DNA of 64,000 nucleotides from a virus (lineage: Duplodnaviria > Caudoviricetes). The DNA is taken from the IMG/VR virus record IMGVR_UViG_3300006045_001036, one strand, 5' to 3'. The notes under the pieces were generated by a model. That model was given only the letters and a program-made list of their open reading frames with translations, was not told where the DNA came from and made no database searches. Both the position numbers and the translations under genes were made by a program. Positions 27,400-36,843 of the stretch are shown here, in pieces; the first letter of the stretch is position 1; each line of letters starts with the position of its first letter.

Positions 27400-28485
27400 T
27401 TATGCCGCAATCTTAACAGGTCTTTCGTAGGTCTTCGCACTGGTGTTGTGGAGGATTCTCCACCCGAGCTGTTGCAGTTCAATGTTGCGGTCGTAATCCT
27501 TCGCCGTGTGTGCTGCTTTCGTAACAGCGTTCATTACCGAGTAAACGGAGGTCGGTCCCGCTACGTCAGATTCGTCAATGTGACTTGCGATGAGGTCAGC
27601 TTCTTTGTCGGTGAGAACGATTTCTTTGCGGAGGTTTGCAACAATCTGGATGGTCGGAGCATCAATAATTTGTTCCGCTTTCTCCTTGATTTGAGCCATA
27701 ATCTTCTCAATCTTATCTTGAGACAGGAGTTCGGCAACTTTCTCACGAATGACCTTAGGGCTAAGTCTGCGTTCTTCGGTCGCTACTTCGCAAGCGGGAA
27801 GGAGTTCGCCGAGTTCCTGTTTCTTGCCGATGTGGAAACGGCGGTAAACCCCGAGACCGTCCGAAGAGGCGGCAACCATGCCGTTAGAGCAAACAAGTCG
27901 GTATACGAAAGGCACAATGCGGAAAGACGAAAGCCCGACTTCACTGTTGTGGATTGACACGCCGAATTGGAGTTCGTCGCCGACTGTTACGGATTCGGTG
28001 AGTTTCTCCGACACAAAGCTCATTTGGAGATAGTCATCGGTAATATTCGCCGACTTCATTGTAAGCCCGAAGTCGCCGAGCTTGGAATCCTCGATTGCTT
28101 CAATGACTTCCATGTTGTCAAGTCTTTCGTAGCTGTTTGACAGGAAGGCACGAGCGATAGGATTGCCGTCTTTGTCTGTCGTATAGCGTATCATTCTCGG
28201 AGTGTCGGGGATTTCTTTCGAGATGTCGCTGATGGTGTTCATGAGGGTTGTTGAGCCGAGACCGAGCTTCTCAAGCTTTGAAGCAAACCCGCAGGGGATG
28301 CCGTGGTGAGCAAGGATTTGTCTGTATGCGTTGTCTGAAACCCGCTCTTTACCCCCGCCGAGTGCCGTGCCTAAAACGTAGTCGGCGATGTATTCACGGT
28401 TGTTGACGATAACGTCTTTGCAAGTCTTAGCGTAGTCAGTTGCTTTCGCTTTGAGGTCAGCGTATTTGTCCAATGCAATAATCAT
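27400..28485 (-). CDS. DUF932-like protein
   Basis: RAFLSNSYERLDN, NSEVGLSS, RLVCSNGM motifs. Confidence 0.8.
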   Translation of the reverse strand: MIIALDKYADLKAKATDYAKTCKDVIVNNREYIADYVLGTALGGGKERVSDNAYRQILAHHGIPCGFASKLEKLGLGSTTLMNTISDISKEIPDTPRMIRYTTDKDGNPIARAFLSNSYERLDNMEVIEAIEDSKLGDFGLTMKSANITDDYLQMSFVSEKLTESVTVGDELQFGVSIHNSEVGLSSFRIVPFVYRLVCSNGMVAASSDGLGVYRRFHIGKKQELGELLPACEVATEERRLSPKVIREKVAELLSQDKIEKIMAQIKEKAEQIIDAPTIQIVANLRKEIVLTDKEADLIASHIDESDVAGPTSVYSVMNAVTKAAHTAKDYDRNIELQQLGWRILHNTSAKTYERPVKIAA

Positions 28486-28549
28486 AATTCATTCTCCTTT
28501 ATTATTGGTTGTTAATCTTACTGGGGAATCTCTGCTTGAGTAATGCGAA

Positions 28550-29314
28550 TTAGAAAGGGTAATCTTCACAGGTAAATTCTTGCTCGATTTCACCTTTGCT
28601 GTTGAGGACTGTTAAAGATTTGTACGGAGCAATATTATATGAGTTTCCGACAAACTTACAAACCCGCTCAATATCTCTTGTACAGAAGTAGGTTGGTTTG
28701 CGGGGTTCGCAAGAAATGGTCTTGATTGCCCGAGTGGACGAAGACGTTACGTAAGCGGTGTTGCCGTCCCGAGTAACAACTTTCAAGGTTCTCTTGCGAA
28801 GTTTGAATTGTGCAACGTGGTGTTCAACCAATCCAGTGAACTCCGCCATCTCTTCGTCAGTAGGGTTGCGGTAAACACGACAATCATCCCAACCCATGTC
28901 GTGAAGTTCCTTCCACGACATCGCTTTGAACTTATCAACGCTTAACCCACACTCTTTGCAGTAAGCATCAATAGCTCTGTCGTTAACCACTTTCGCCCAG
29001 TTACCTGCGAGTTCTACTGCCGTCTTGTGTTTCTCTTCGTAGTATTTGTCACCGCAATAAGCCGAAGTCAGCATCCACTTCGCATATAGTTGAATGTCAC
29101 TCATGCCGTAGTAAATGTTGTCGAAGTCTTCCCCCGACGAATTCTTGCGTGTTATGTCATTGACACAGAAATCGTGCGTGTGACGATTAAATATCAGACT
29201 CTCATGCTGTCTTCCATTACGGTCGTAGCTGACATTGAATAAGTTCGATTCCGCATCGAGCATCGTTGCTTTGCCGTTCTTGATGTTGAAAGCTTTGTAA
29301 ATGTTGTAACTCAT
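28550..29314 (-). CDS. Hypothetical protein
   Basis: AGGAG RBS; own GCATTAC promoter. Confidence 0.75.
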   Translation of the reverse strand: MSYNIYKAFNIKNGKATMLDAESNLFNVSYDRNGRQHESLIFNRHTHDFCVNDITRKNSSGEDFDNIYYGMSDIQLYAKWMLTSAYCGDKYYEEKHKTAVELAGNWAKVVNDRAIDAYCKECGLSVDKFKAMSWKELHDMGWDDCRVYRNPTDEEMAEFTGLVEHHVAQFKLRKRTLKVVTRDGNTAYVTSSSTRAIKTISCEPRKPTYFCTRDIERVCKFVGNSYNIAPYKSLTVLNSKGEIEQEFTCEDYPF

Positions 29315-29387
29315 TTCATTCTCCTATCTCATTCGGTTTGGGGAGTTCCCCCGCTCACACTTAAAGTAATGCTAACAATGTAAGGAG

Positions 29388-29567
29388 TTAGCACTCCAAA
29401 AATAAAACGAGGTCAACAGCGTCCCCGAAGTTCTGTGTTTCCAGCACAGCGAATATCTTGTCTTGTGCATCAGGGTCAGCATTCTCGATTGATTCCAGCA
29501 TTCTGCCGTAACTCCCTTGGGATTGTGCGAGGTTGCGAATAGCGTTCATAATTTGTTCTCTGTTCAT
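29388..29567 (-). CDS. Small hypothetical protein (59 aa, not in ORF track)
   Basis: MNREQIMNAIRNLAQSQGSYGR...DLVLFLEC; RBS and ATGA overlap. Confidence 0.7.
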   Translation of the reverse strand: MNREQIMNAIRNLAQSQGSYGRMLESIENADPDAQDKIFAVLETQNFGDAVDLVLFLEC

Positions 29568-29743
29568 GATGACATCCTTTCTCCTACAGCGAACTCACGA
29601 AGGAGTTCTATGGCTTTATCTAATTCCGCATCAGCGGTAGCTTGGGAACCGTAATTAGCGTGTTCGTAGAAAAGTCTGGTCGATTCGGCTTTAGCATCTA
29701 ACACGTTATCCAACAATTTCTCAAATTTATCGTTTCTGTTCAT
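29564..29743 (-). CDS. Small hypothetical protein
   Basis: AAAGGAG RBS before ATG 29743. Confidence 0.65.
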   Translation of the reverse strand: MNRNDKFEKLLDNVLDAKAESTRLFYEHANYGSQATADAELDKAIELLREFAVGERMSS

Positions 29744-29756
29744 GGTTAGCTCCTTT

Positions 29757-30044
29757 CTAAGCCAGTGCGGGGTTATTCTTCGTGATTGATTTATACAGGT
29801 CGTAAGCAGCTTGGAATTCAATGCGGTAATCATCGTTGCGAACTTTGCCGTCCCGAGTTCCTTGTCCGATAAGACCGTTCATAATGCCCTTAATAGCAGA
29901 TACGGCTTCCTGAGGGTCGCAAGACATTGTGCAGTCGATGATACAGTCCGTGTGTGTTTGGTAAGTCGGAGCAGTGCGGAGAGTTGCCGAAACCCCTCTG
30001 TCTTCGAAAGACTGACCGATTCTTCTGAAATCAAATTTGTTCAT
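29757..30044 (-). CDS. Hypothetical protein
   Basis: AAAGGAG RBS before ATG 30044. Confidence 0.65.
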   Translation of the reverse strand: MNKFDFRRIGQSFEDRGVSATLRTAPTYQTHTDCIIDCTMSCDPQEAVSAIKGIMNGLIGQGTRDGKVRNDDYRIEFQAAYDLYKSITKNNPALA

Positions 30045-30057
30045 GCTGAACTCCTTT

Positions 30058-30249
30058 CTAAACCGTGAATTCTTTATACTCTTCGTCAGCCGAAGTGCGA
30101 ACTCGCACACTAACTGAAACCGTTGCTTCAATGTCGTTAACCCCTGTGTAAATACTTTCATTATTCGCCACTATCGTGATTAATCCTTCATCCATGCAAG
30201 AAGCAAACATATCGGCAAATTGTTGATTAGTCATACCCAAATCATCCAT
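30058..30249 (-). CDS. Small hypothetical protein
   Basis: First gene after the GCATTAC promoter at 30287. Confidence 0.6.
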   Translation of the reverse strand: MDDLGMTNQQFADMFASCMDEGLITIVANNESIYTGVNDIEATVSVSVRVRTSADEEYKEFTV

Positions 30250-30304
30250 TCTCTTTGTCGGGATTACTCCCGCTCACAATTAAAGTAATGCTATATGTGC
30301 TACA

Positions 30305-30607
30305 CTATGAAACATAGACGAGGATTTCGTAGGGATTGTCAAGACCACGGAGGAAGTATTTGGTTGCCGAGAGGTAGCCGACTGTTCTTTCGTCCTCTTC
30401 TTCGAAGTTCTCGACAACACGGTAGTGGTATTCCTTGCGGGACATATCGTCGGTGTAATCAACTTTGCCGTCAACGAGAGCCATTCCCGAACCGTAACCG
30501 TAGATAGTCTTCATCATTGCGGTGAAGTGGTAATCTTCCTTGTTGTAACCGTTAAACACGTCAATCGCTTTGTTGAGTTGCTTTCTTATATTAGTTAATG
30601 TAATCAT
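30305..30607 (-). CDS. Hypothetical protein
   Basis: GGAGG RBS before ATG 30607. Confidence 0.65.
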   Translation of the reverse strand: MITLTNIRKQLNKAIDVFNGYNKEDYHFTAMMKTIYGYGSGMALVDGKVDYTDDMSRKEYHYRVVENFEEEDERTVGYLSATKYFLRGLDNPYEILVYVS

Positions 30608-30635
30608 ATCTTTCCTCCGTTCTACAGGCGGTCGA

Positions 30636-30809
30636 TTATTCCGACCACGTTCCATTCGCCTTATCTGCGTTAACAAGATTTCTCAGCACCGTTTGTCTTT
30701 CAGTGTCGCTTGCATTGAGTAACCAATACACCGCTTTCTTTACATCGGATTTCTTTACCGTCTTGGCAGTGCCGTTCAACACCTTTTGCAAGTCTTCGTA
30801 TTTACCCAT
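30636..30809 (-). CDS. Small hypothetical protein
   Basis: GGAGGTG RBS before ATG 30809. Confidence 0.65.
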   Translation of the reverse strand: MGKYEDLQKVLNGTAKTVKKSDVKKAVYWLLNASDTERQTVLRNLVNADKANGTWSE

Positions 30810-30911
30810 CTCTATCACCTCCATTCTTACTGTCGAGGTCGCCCTCTCGCTCTCTGAGAAAAGTAATGCGACTTCCAACAAAGTTAGAAGTCGCTGTTTG
30901 TGTTATTTAAT

Positions 30912-31088
30912 TTAGAAAGGGCAGTACTCGACAACTTCATATTCATTGTCGGGAAACAACTTTCGTCGTTGACTTGCATGAGTACGAGCTGCTTTCTCGC
31001 TGTGAAACGTCATAACGGAACTTGAAAGCTCTTCTGTTACAAACCGTCCTTCAGGAAATAACTTTGACACACATTTAATAGCGAACAT
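30912..31088 (-). CDS. Small hypothetical protein (58 aa, not in ORF track)
   Basis: AAGGAGGT RBS; MFAIKCVSKL...VVEYCPF. Confidence 0.65.
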   Translation of the reverse strand: MFAIKCVSKLFPEGRFVTEELSSSVMTFHSEKAARTHASQRRKLFPDNEYEVVEYCPF

Positions 31089-31100
31089 CTAAATACCTCC

Positions 31101-31634
31101 TTAATTTTTCGGAGCAGGGATTTCAAGAAATTCATAACTGTCGGCGATGTAGGTTATTCTTTCCCTGCGTTTCTTGCCGACCGAGCTTGCAATATTGAGT
31201 CCCATTAAACCCCTGACATCGGTCTGCTTTACCTCATTTCCTGTGTTAAGACGAACATCGGCATACTTGTGAAACTCGTTCTCGGTTACGTCTTTAGCCC
31301 AGTGAAACAGATAGTCTTGCTGACTACTTCTTAAATTAAAGCACTGGATTGACCACAAATCGTTTCGAGGAATGTAGCGAATCCGAATCCACCCTCGCTT
31401 CAACAGGTCGGTCATAATTTCTTCACGAGCCTTGCCCTCGACCCCGAGCCGTTCGCCGTGCTTCTCGTAGATTGCTTCGAGTTGTTCTCGGCGAAAACTG
31501 TAGGATTCGGGGTTTGCTAAGACTTCGGTTATATGCAGGGTTGATACAGGTAAGACTTTTCCTGTCGGTGAAATCCAGTATGCGTCTGCTTTGGGGAAGT
31601 TACCCGAACCCGCAGAACTAATCAATCTAATCAT
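31101..31634 (-). CDS. Hypothetical protein with putative head-targeting N-terminus
   Basis: MIRLISSAG start; AYWISPTG...GWIRIR pattern. Confidence 0.75.
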   Translation of the reverse strand: MIRLISSAGSGNFPKADAYWISPTGKVLPVSTLHITEVLANPESYSFRREQLEAIYEKHGERLGVEGKAREEIMTDLLKRGWIRIRYIPRNDLWSIQCFNLRSSQQDYLFHWAKDVTENEFHKYADVRLNTGNEVKQTDVRGLMGLNIASSVGKKRRERITYIADSYEFLEIPAPKN

Positions 31635-31647
31635 AGTGTTCTCCTTA

Positions 31648-31818
31648 TTAATAAGTATTGATAGGTATCAAATCCCCACATTTCGGGCAAGGACATGAAC
31701 CGCCTTTACCGCCGTGTTTATCAATATCGGCTTGAAAATTTGTATTACACTGCTTACAATGAAATTGGCGGTCTCGTGGAAATCCTTCGTTGTGAATTGT
31801 TCCATCAGAATTATACAT
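31648..31818 (-). CDS. Small zinc-ribbon protein (56 aa, not in ORF track)
   Basis: AAAGGAG RBS; CKQC...CPKCG. Confidence 0.7.
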   Translation of the reverse strand: MYNSDGTIHNEGFPRDRQFHCKQCNTNFQADIDKHGGKGGSCPCPKCGDLIPINTY

Positions 31819-31833
31819 CTTGGTTTCTCCTTT

Positions 31834-32157
31834 CTATTTCGGCACTCCGTAATCCCCGCTCTCGTACCGAGCCATAATCATTTGCATATCGGGGTTAGAA
31901 TACATAGGCTCATTCGGACGTTTACGCAGAGCAACGATATCTTCGATTAAAGCCGTCCGCCTTGCTGAGTTATCGGGGTGAAAGAACTCGTTCCCCAATC
32001 CCCACACACCGTAGCAGAAACCGTTCTCGGGTGTCCATATGCGTTCTGCTATGTTGTCTATAAACGGAAGATACTCTTTGAGGTCTTCCATTGTGTACTT
32101 CTTTCCAGTATATTGTCCTGTCCGCAAAATACGGAGAATAACACCTTTAATATTCAA
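31834..32157 (-). CDS. Hypothetical protein
   Basis: GGAGGTG RBS, TTG start overlapping the upstream stop. Confidence 0.65.
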   Translation of the reverse strand: MNIKGVILRILRTGQYTGKKYTMEDLKEYLPFIDNIAERIWTPENGFCYGVWGLGNEFFHPDNSARRTALIEDIVALRKRPNEPMYSNPDMQMIMARYESGDYGVPK

Positions 32158-32369
32158 TACGCACCTCCGATACCAACAGAGGAAACTCCGAATACTTCGC
32201 CGATTGCCATTACGTTGTTTTTACGGTCAACATCAAGATTAAGTTTCTTGAGGTCAGAGACAGCGTCTTTGCGTTTCTCCCAACTCCGAGGGCAACCATG
32301 GCAGTTAACGATTTCTTCGCCGTATACTACGAACCAGCGTTGGTTTGCAGGTAAAAATACAAGTTTCAC
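32154..32369 (-). CDS. Hypothetical protein
   Basis: AAGGAG RBS, GTG start. Confidence 0.65.
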   Translation of the reverse strand: MKLVFLPANQRWFVVYGEEIVNCHGCPRSWEKRKDAVSDLKKLNLDVDRKNNVMAIGEVFGVSSVGIGGAY

Positions 32370-32482
32370 TGATTATTTCTCCTTTTTCGCTCTTTCTCAT
32401 CTTCTCTCCGACAAGCCCATGCTGCTAAAAACGCCCCGACCAGTCCACCGACAATAACGCCGACAGCGAATGCAAACCACAT
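32366..32482 (-). CDS. Small single-TM protein (38 aa)
   Basis: GAGGT RBS; MWFAFAVGVIVGGLVGAFLAAW then charged tail. Confidence 0.55.
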   Translation of the reverse strand: MWFAFAVGVIVGGLVGAFLAAWACRREDEKERKRRNNQ

Positions 32483-32497
32483 AATCTACCTCATTTC

Positions 32498-33211
32498 TCA
32501 TCGTTTACCTTTCTTCTTAGGTTTCTTCTCTTGTCGAGTGCCTTGCTTCGTCCACTCGGATTTCGCAAAAAGTTGCTTACCCTGCTCGACAAGCCATTCA
32601 ATCATATAACTGTCAATCTTGACGTTGGCAACTCTAAGAGAGTTAATGCGTTCCTCGGCAACAATGTTCCCCGAGAAATCCAAGAGTTGAAAAACAATCC
32701 ATGCTTGATTCTGACCGTCCTCGAAGTCAATATTCCATTCGAGTTGCTTGGATACGTGCTTATTTAAGCGGTATTCGACCTCCGCTATTATCGAAGGTTT
32801 CAGCGGGTGAACAGCCATGTTGTAAGTGCTGCCGACATTGCCGATTCCGTGACTACTCTGTATGCGTGGTAAAGCGACAACTTTCAGCTTCATTACTTTC
32901 TGAATAAGAGCGGAGTACCCTTCTTCGTCGGTCGCTTCAATATATCGCTCCTTATTACGAGCAATTTCTTGAACCATCCACCCTTGGTGAGCCACGGCTT
33001 CGTTGCCGTCGATGAACGTGATATAGCTGTCTTTCGATAATCGCAATACATCCGAAGTGTCTAACCCGCTAAACACTTCGTTTCCGTTGTCATCGAAAGA
33101 ACGCCGTTTATACGTCGGCAGTCCGTTCGGTGAAAACGTATCAAGATAATAGCCTTTCCGTGATTGCAAAACAATGTCACATTGTTTCGAGGACGAGCAT
33201 AGTTTAATCAT
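32498..33211 (-). CDS. Hypothetical protein with putative head-targeting N-terminus
   Basis: AAAGGA RBS; MIKLCSSS start; internal RIQSS. Confidence 0.7.
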   Translation of the reverse strand: MIKLCSSSKQCDIVLQSRKGYYLDTFSPNGLPTYKRRSFDDNGNEVFSGLDTSDVLRLSKDSYITFIDGNEAVAHQGWMVQEIARNKERYIEATDEEGYSALIQKVMKLKVVALPRIQSSHGIGNVGSTYNMAVHPLKPSIIAEVEYRLNKHVSKQLEWNIDFEDGQNQAWIVFQLLDFSGNIVAEERINSLRVANVKIDSYMIEWLVEQGKQLFAKSEWTKQGTRQEKKPKKKGKR

Positions 33212-33225
33212 AGAAATTCCTTTCA

Positions 33226-33546
33226 TTACACCGCATGACGGCGGGTGTGTATCCAGTCGGTAGCTTTCCGCTCTTCGTAAAAACCCTTGACTTCCTTGTA
33301 AGCGGTCTTTGTCTTCTTGTCGGAAAAGAACGCTTTACCGAACGCTTCTTTCAAAGCTTTGTAGTCAGATTCGGAGCAGCGTTGTCTTAAACCGTCTACA
33401 TATACGAAGTATTTAGCGTCCCACTTCTTGAAATTGTTGCCCCCAATGTTGTAGGTTTCGGAATGAAATTTCTCAAACTGCGTCACGCTGTCGAGGTTGA
33501 TTTCTCTGGATTCATAACCGTTATTAGTTCTGATATTCATTAACAT
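33226..33546 (-). CDS. Hypothetical protein
   Basis: Follows the GCATTAC promoter at 33601. Confidence 0.65.
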   Translation of the reverse strand: MLMNIRTNNGYESREINLDSVTQFEKFHSETYNIGGNNFKKWDAKYFVYVDGLRQRCSESDYKALKEAFGKAFFSDKKTKTAYKEVKGFYEERKATDWIHTRRHAV

Positions 33547-33617
33547 TTCGCACTCTCTTTCTCGGCGAATCGCCGTACAACTTTCTCGTTCACAAGAAGT
33601 AATGCTAACTATGAAAC

Positions 33618-33652
33618 GCACTACCGCCAGTCGGCGGTACTGGCGGTAGTGC
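33618..33652. terminator. Hairpin ending the nucleotide operon
   Basis: Perfect 14 bp inverted repeat GCACTACCGCCAGT/ACTGGCGGTAGTGC. Confidence 0.7.
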
Positions 33653-33684
33653 AAAAATATAAATAGAGGATGGTGACATAGCTG

Positions 33685-34707
33685 TTAAGAGTTTACTGTC
33701 GGCGGATTCTGTACAATCCACAGAATATTACGAACCTTCGGCGAAGTGACTGTTGTAAACGGAGCCGCAAGGTGCATGGCAGGGTTTGACGGATAATTAG
33801 CGAATATTTGGTTGATGTATGGGAGATTGAAGTGTTCCTGAGCCAGAGCGGAAAACTCTGCAGGATTGTAGAGGTCGTAGATGTTTGGAATTTTCTTCGC
33901 AAGCTGGTCGAGAAATCCTTTCATAACTGCTTTGCTCGGAGCTTTAACATCCTCAGTTTTTAATTGTGACTTAGAAGCACGGATAGGGAACGCTTGAACC
34001 TTCGCAAATCTCGCTTGTAATCTGCTCTTCAACTCTTCAAACCGCCATTCACGAGTATGGTCTTCCGCTTTACCGTACCGTTCGGAGAAATTCGGTGTCG
34101 AAAGAATACAATAGTCTGACATATAGCGGAAGAAGTCAAGGGCTTCATCGAGGGATTTGAATTCATCGGTCTCGCCGTTAAACAGGTATGGGAGATGTTC
34201 AAGAGCTTCGAGAGATATGAGAGCGTCGTATCGCCGTCCTCCCCGCTCGGCAATAAGTCTGTCGGCGGTCTCTCTCCAGTTAGCCCCACAGAAAGACCCA
34301 GGGACAATCTTAGCCCTGCCCTTATCCACTTGCGACTTAATTCTGTCAGAGACCTCCGCACAAACTTTCTCATCATATTCCAAATTGGTATAATGACCTA
34401 AATACATACCCCGACGTTCAGTGTTAAGTGATTCCCACATAAACGCAGAACCGCCACCGCAGTCGATTACCTCAACTCTCGGGTGAGCAATACCCTCAAC
34501 CCCTTTATTATCCATGCGGGATTTATCGTGTGCTTTGCGGAATGTTGTTACCGAGCCGTCGGCAAGATACAGAGGGGCATCAATAGCTTTCTCTGCTGCA
34601 AACGCATAGCGGAGTTCGTGAGCGATGGTGTCCCAGTGTCCTGGGTCGTGGTGGAGTTGCGAGGAAGAGACCCCGCTCTTGTCATAAATAGCTTTGTTTT
34701 TAGGCAT
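33685..34707 (-). CDS. Class I SAM-dependent methyltransferase
   Basis: AHELRYAFA, VIDCGGG (motif I), YDALISLEALEHL, LSTPN, HTREW. Confidence 0.8.
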   Translation of the reverse strand: MPKNKAIYDKSGVSSSQLHHDPGHWDTIAHELRYAFAAEKAIDAPLYLADGSVTTFRKAHDKSRMDNKGVEGIAHPRVEVIDCGGGSAFMWESLNTERRGMYLGHYTNLEYDEKVCAEVSDRIKSQVDKGRAKIVPGSFCGANWRETADRLIAERGGRRYDALISLEALEHLPYLFNGETDEFKSLDEALDFFRYMSDYCILSTPNFSERYGKAEDHTREWRFEELKSRLQARFAKVQAFPIRASKSQLKTEDVKAPSKAVMKGFLDQLAKKIPNIYDLYNPAEFSALAQEHFNLPYINQIFANYPSNPAMHLAAPFTTVTSPKVRNILWIVQNPPTVNS

Positions 34708-35878
34708 AGTTGTTATATCCTTTCGGGTTTAATATAAGCAAGTCGGGAAACCTTGCAATTGCTTTATCAAGCAAATCTTGATTATCGTCTACGAAGGCAA
34801 CACCTTTTCCTGTTTGGTGTTTTTCTCCAAACTCTTCAATTATTGAGCAGAGTACAGGAAACTTTTCGGATTGGTTTTTTGCCCCAACATAGTCTTTAAA
34901 ACTGAACCCTAACTCAGAAAGGCGGGAAGGTTTTGTTTTCATGTGGTTATTGTAAGGGTTCTCGGTCTCCGCACCGCCTGTAAGAAAAGTAATGTTCCTT
35001 AGGAATCTTGCTAATTCTCCGAAAGGAGTAAGCGGGACATCTGAGTAAAAGTCGTCAGAATTATATATGCTGTATATATCAGATTCTTTTTCCTTTCCGC
35101 ATTTAAGGTAATCGGTCAGTAACCAAGTATCTCTCATACGGATGTCGTTTATGTCGGTCGAAAAATCACCACGAGTTAAACCGTCTTTCGCCCATTGAAA
35201 CCTGTCAACGATTTTCTGGACCCATACAGGAATGATTTCAAGCACGGTTTCATCTACGTCGAAAATAATCTTTTCAAATATTCTATCGGGGTATTCATCA
35301 CATGAGAGTATCTGTTGTGCTGTAAGTATTGGTTTTTGAGTAAACATGACCTCATAACCATTACGCCCATTATCACTGAGACCGAGGTACGCTTGGTAGT
35401 ATTTCTCGCAGTCTTTGTCTAATTGCTCATAGGTACAGCGAATATTGTTTGTTCCGCTCTCACGATTTTGAATTCTGTCCCAGCACTCCCAAGCCTCGGT
35501 TTTCATAAACACGTAAAACGGCTTGATAAATTTACTGTAATCGTAATCCTTAGAGGTTTTGCGGTAACAGAGTTCGCTTGCGAGCCAACGGTCAAATATT
35601 ACGAAAATTCCTTCGTCAATTAGCATTTGTGCTTTCTGGTTCGCTTCGGCAAGGTTTTCGTAAATAAGGTCGGACAGCTCAGTTTCTTCGGTTTCTGAAA
35701 GCTCTTGTTGAGCAAGGAGCTTCTTGATTTTCTCTCCGCTCTTGGACAGATAATTGGGAGTTTTAACGATTGCGACAGGGATGTTGAACGCTAATAACAG
35801 TTGTTCTAACCCTTCGACAAGCGTAGATTTCCCGGAACCATTAACGCCTTCAACCGCTATCGGTGTATGTTTTTTCAT
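34700..35878 (-). CDS. dTMP kinase fused to HAD-family 5'(3')-deoxyribonucleotidase-like domain
   Basis: EGVNGSGKST P-loop and FDRW..S..Y; C-terminal FDVDETV, FLT and FVDD HAD motifs. Confidence 0.85.
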   Translation of the reverse strand: MKKHTPIAVEGVNGSGKSTLVEGLEQLLLAFNIPVAIVKTPNYLSKSGEKIKKLLAQQELSETEETELSDLIYENLAEANQKAQMLIDEGIFVIFDRWLASELCYRKTSKDYDYSKFIKPFYVFMKTEAWECWDRIQNRESGTNNIRCTYEQLDKDCEKYYQAYLGLSDNGRNGYEVMFTQKPILTAQQILSCDEYPDRIFEKIIFDVDETVLEIIPVWVQKIVDRFQWAKDGLTRGDFSTDINDIRMRDTWLLTDYLKCGKEKESDIYSIYNSDDFYSDVPLTPFGELARFLRNITFLTGGAETENPYNNHMKTKPSRLSELGFSFKDYVGAKNQSEKFPVLCSIIEEFGEKHQTGKGVAFVDDNQDLLDKAIARFPDLLILNPKGYNNYA

Positions 35879-35892
35879 AAGTAATTCCTTTC

Positions 35893-36783
35893 TTATTCCC
35901 AGCGATTAAGATAACTGGATACTGCGATTGTAGCCTCAGGAGTGATAACACGGTCGATATCGTTTTCGAGAAGGAGTTTCTTGCACATCTCACAAGGTTC
36001 GGATTTTCGAGGCTTACCCTCGGTGTCAAGAGACCAAAGATATACGTATGCACCTTTAAGGTCAACAGGGTGTTTGTTTGTAGTGGCGTGAAGATATCGA
36101 AGAGCGTCATAAATTGCTGTTGGCTCGGCATGAACACATCGACAAGCGTCATAGTACCGTGCTTCAGTTCCTTCTCCAAGAGCGTCCCGCCGACAAGTTT
36201 TTCCTTCCGCATTACAAGCAACGTATCCTTTCGGCACACGATTTTGACCTCTGCCGATGATTTTTCCGTCTTTGACAATAATTGCACCGTGTTTTGTTTT
36301 TCGGCAAGTAGAGTCTTGAGCAGCGTCCCAAACATCTTTGGCAAAGTCATGGAAAGCGGTATTGATAACCGTCTCCAAAGCGTTTTCGAAGTTGATGGTA
36401 TTTGGCTTTTTCATTCGGGATTTCATCCTTTCAATATAATCATCTGATAAACGACCAAATTTAAGAAGCTTTTGCTCGTTCTTGTCGTTAACTCGTTTGA
36501 TTGCTTCAAGGTATGCGGTAGAGTCGTTTTTACCGATAGAACGCAGCATCGTCGCCATTGTAAAGATTACATCTCCTGCTTCGTCTATTAAGTCGTCAAT
36601 CGCTTTTTCGTTCGTGGTTCTGCAGGTTTCTTCCTTGACCTGAGTGCGTTGGTACTTCATTAAGCTGGCAAGATACTCCGCTGTCTCTTCCACCACGATA
36701 TCTATTGATAAATAGTGTTTAGGGTCGGGGTTAAACGCTGTAGCCAGCTCGTAGGTACGCTGTAATTCTTGTTCTATGTTCAT
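35893..36783 (-). CDS. MazG-like NTP pyrophosphatase fused to dCMP deaminase
   Basis: EETAEY...DEAGDV...KN (all-alpha NTP-PPase); STC...GAII, VHAE and PCEMC zinc deaminase motifs. Confidence 0.87.
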   Translation of the reverse strand: MNIEQELQRTYELATAFNPDPKHYLSIDIVVEETAEYLASLMKYQRTQVKEETCRTTNEKAIDDLIDEAGDVIFTMATMLRSIGKNDSTAYLEAIKRVNDKNEQKLLKFGRLSDDYIERMKSRMKKPNTINFENALETVINTAFHDFAKDVWDAAQDSTCRKTKHGAIIVKDGKIIGRGQNRVPKGYVACNAEGKTCRRDALGEGTEARYYDACRCVHAEPTAIYDALRYLHATTNKHPVDLKGAYVYLWSLDTEGKPRKSEPCEMCKKLLLENDIDRVITPEATIAVSSYLNRWE

Positions 36784-36843
36784 TATTAAATTCCTCCGAT
36801 TATTTGGTTATTTAAGAAATGCAAAAACGGCAGTTTTCACAAT

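Noticed and set aside
30270-30281. AATTGTGAGCGG on the minus strand matches half of the lac operator
   Set aside because: Only one half-site, no vector context, and it is a variant of the local promoter-leader repeat
35850-36350. 166 aa alternative-frame ORF over the deaminase, and similar shadow ORFs (e.g. 44685..45365, 13311..13823)
   Set aside because: Nested in well-supported genes, no RBS, no motifs
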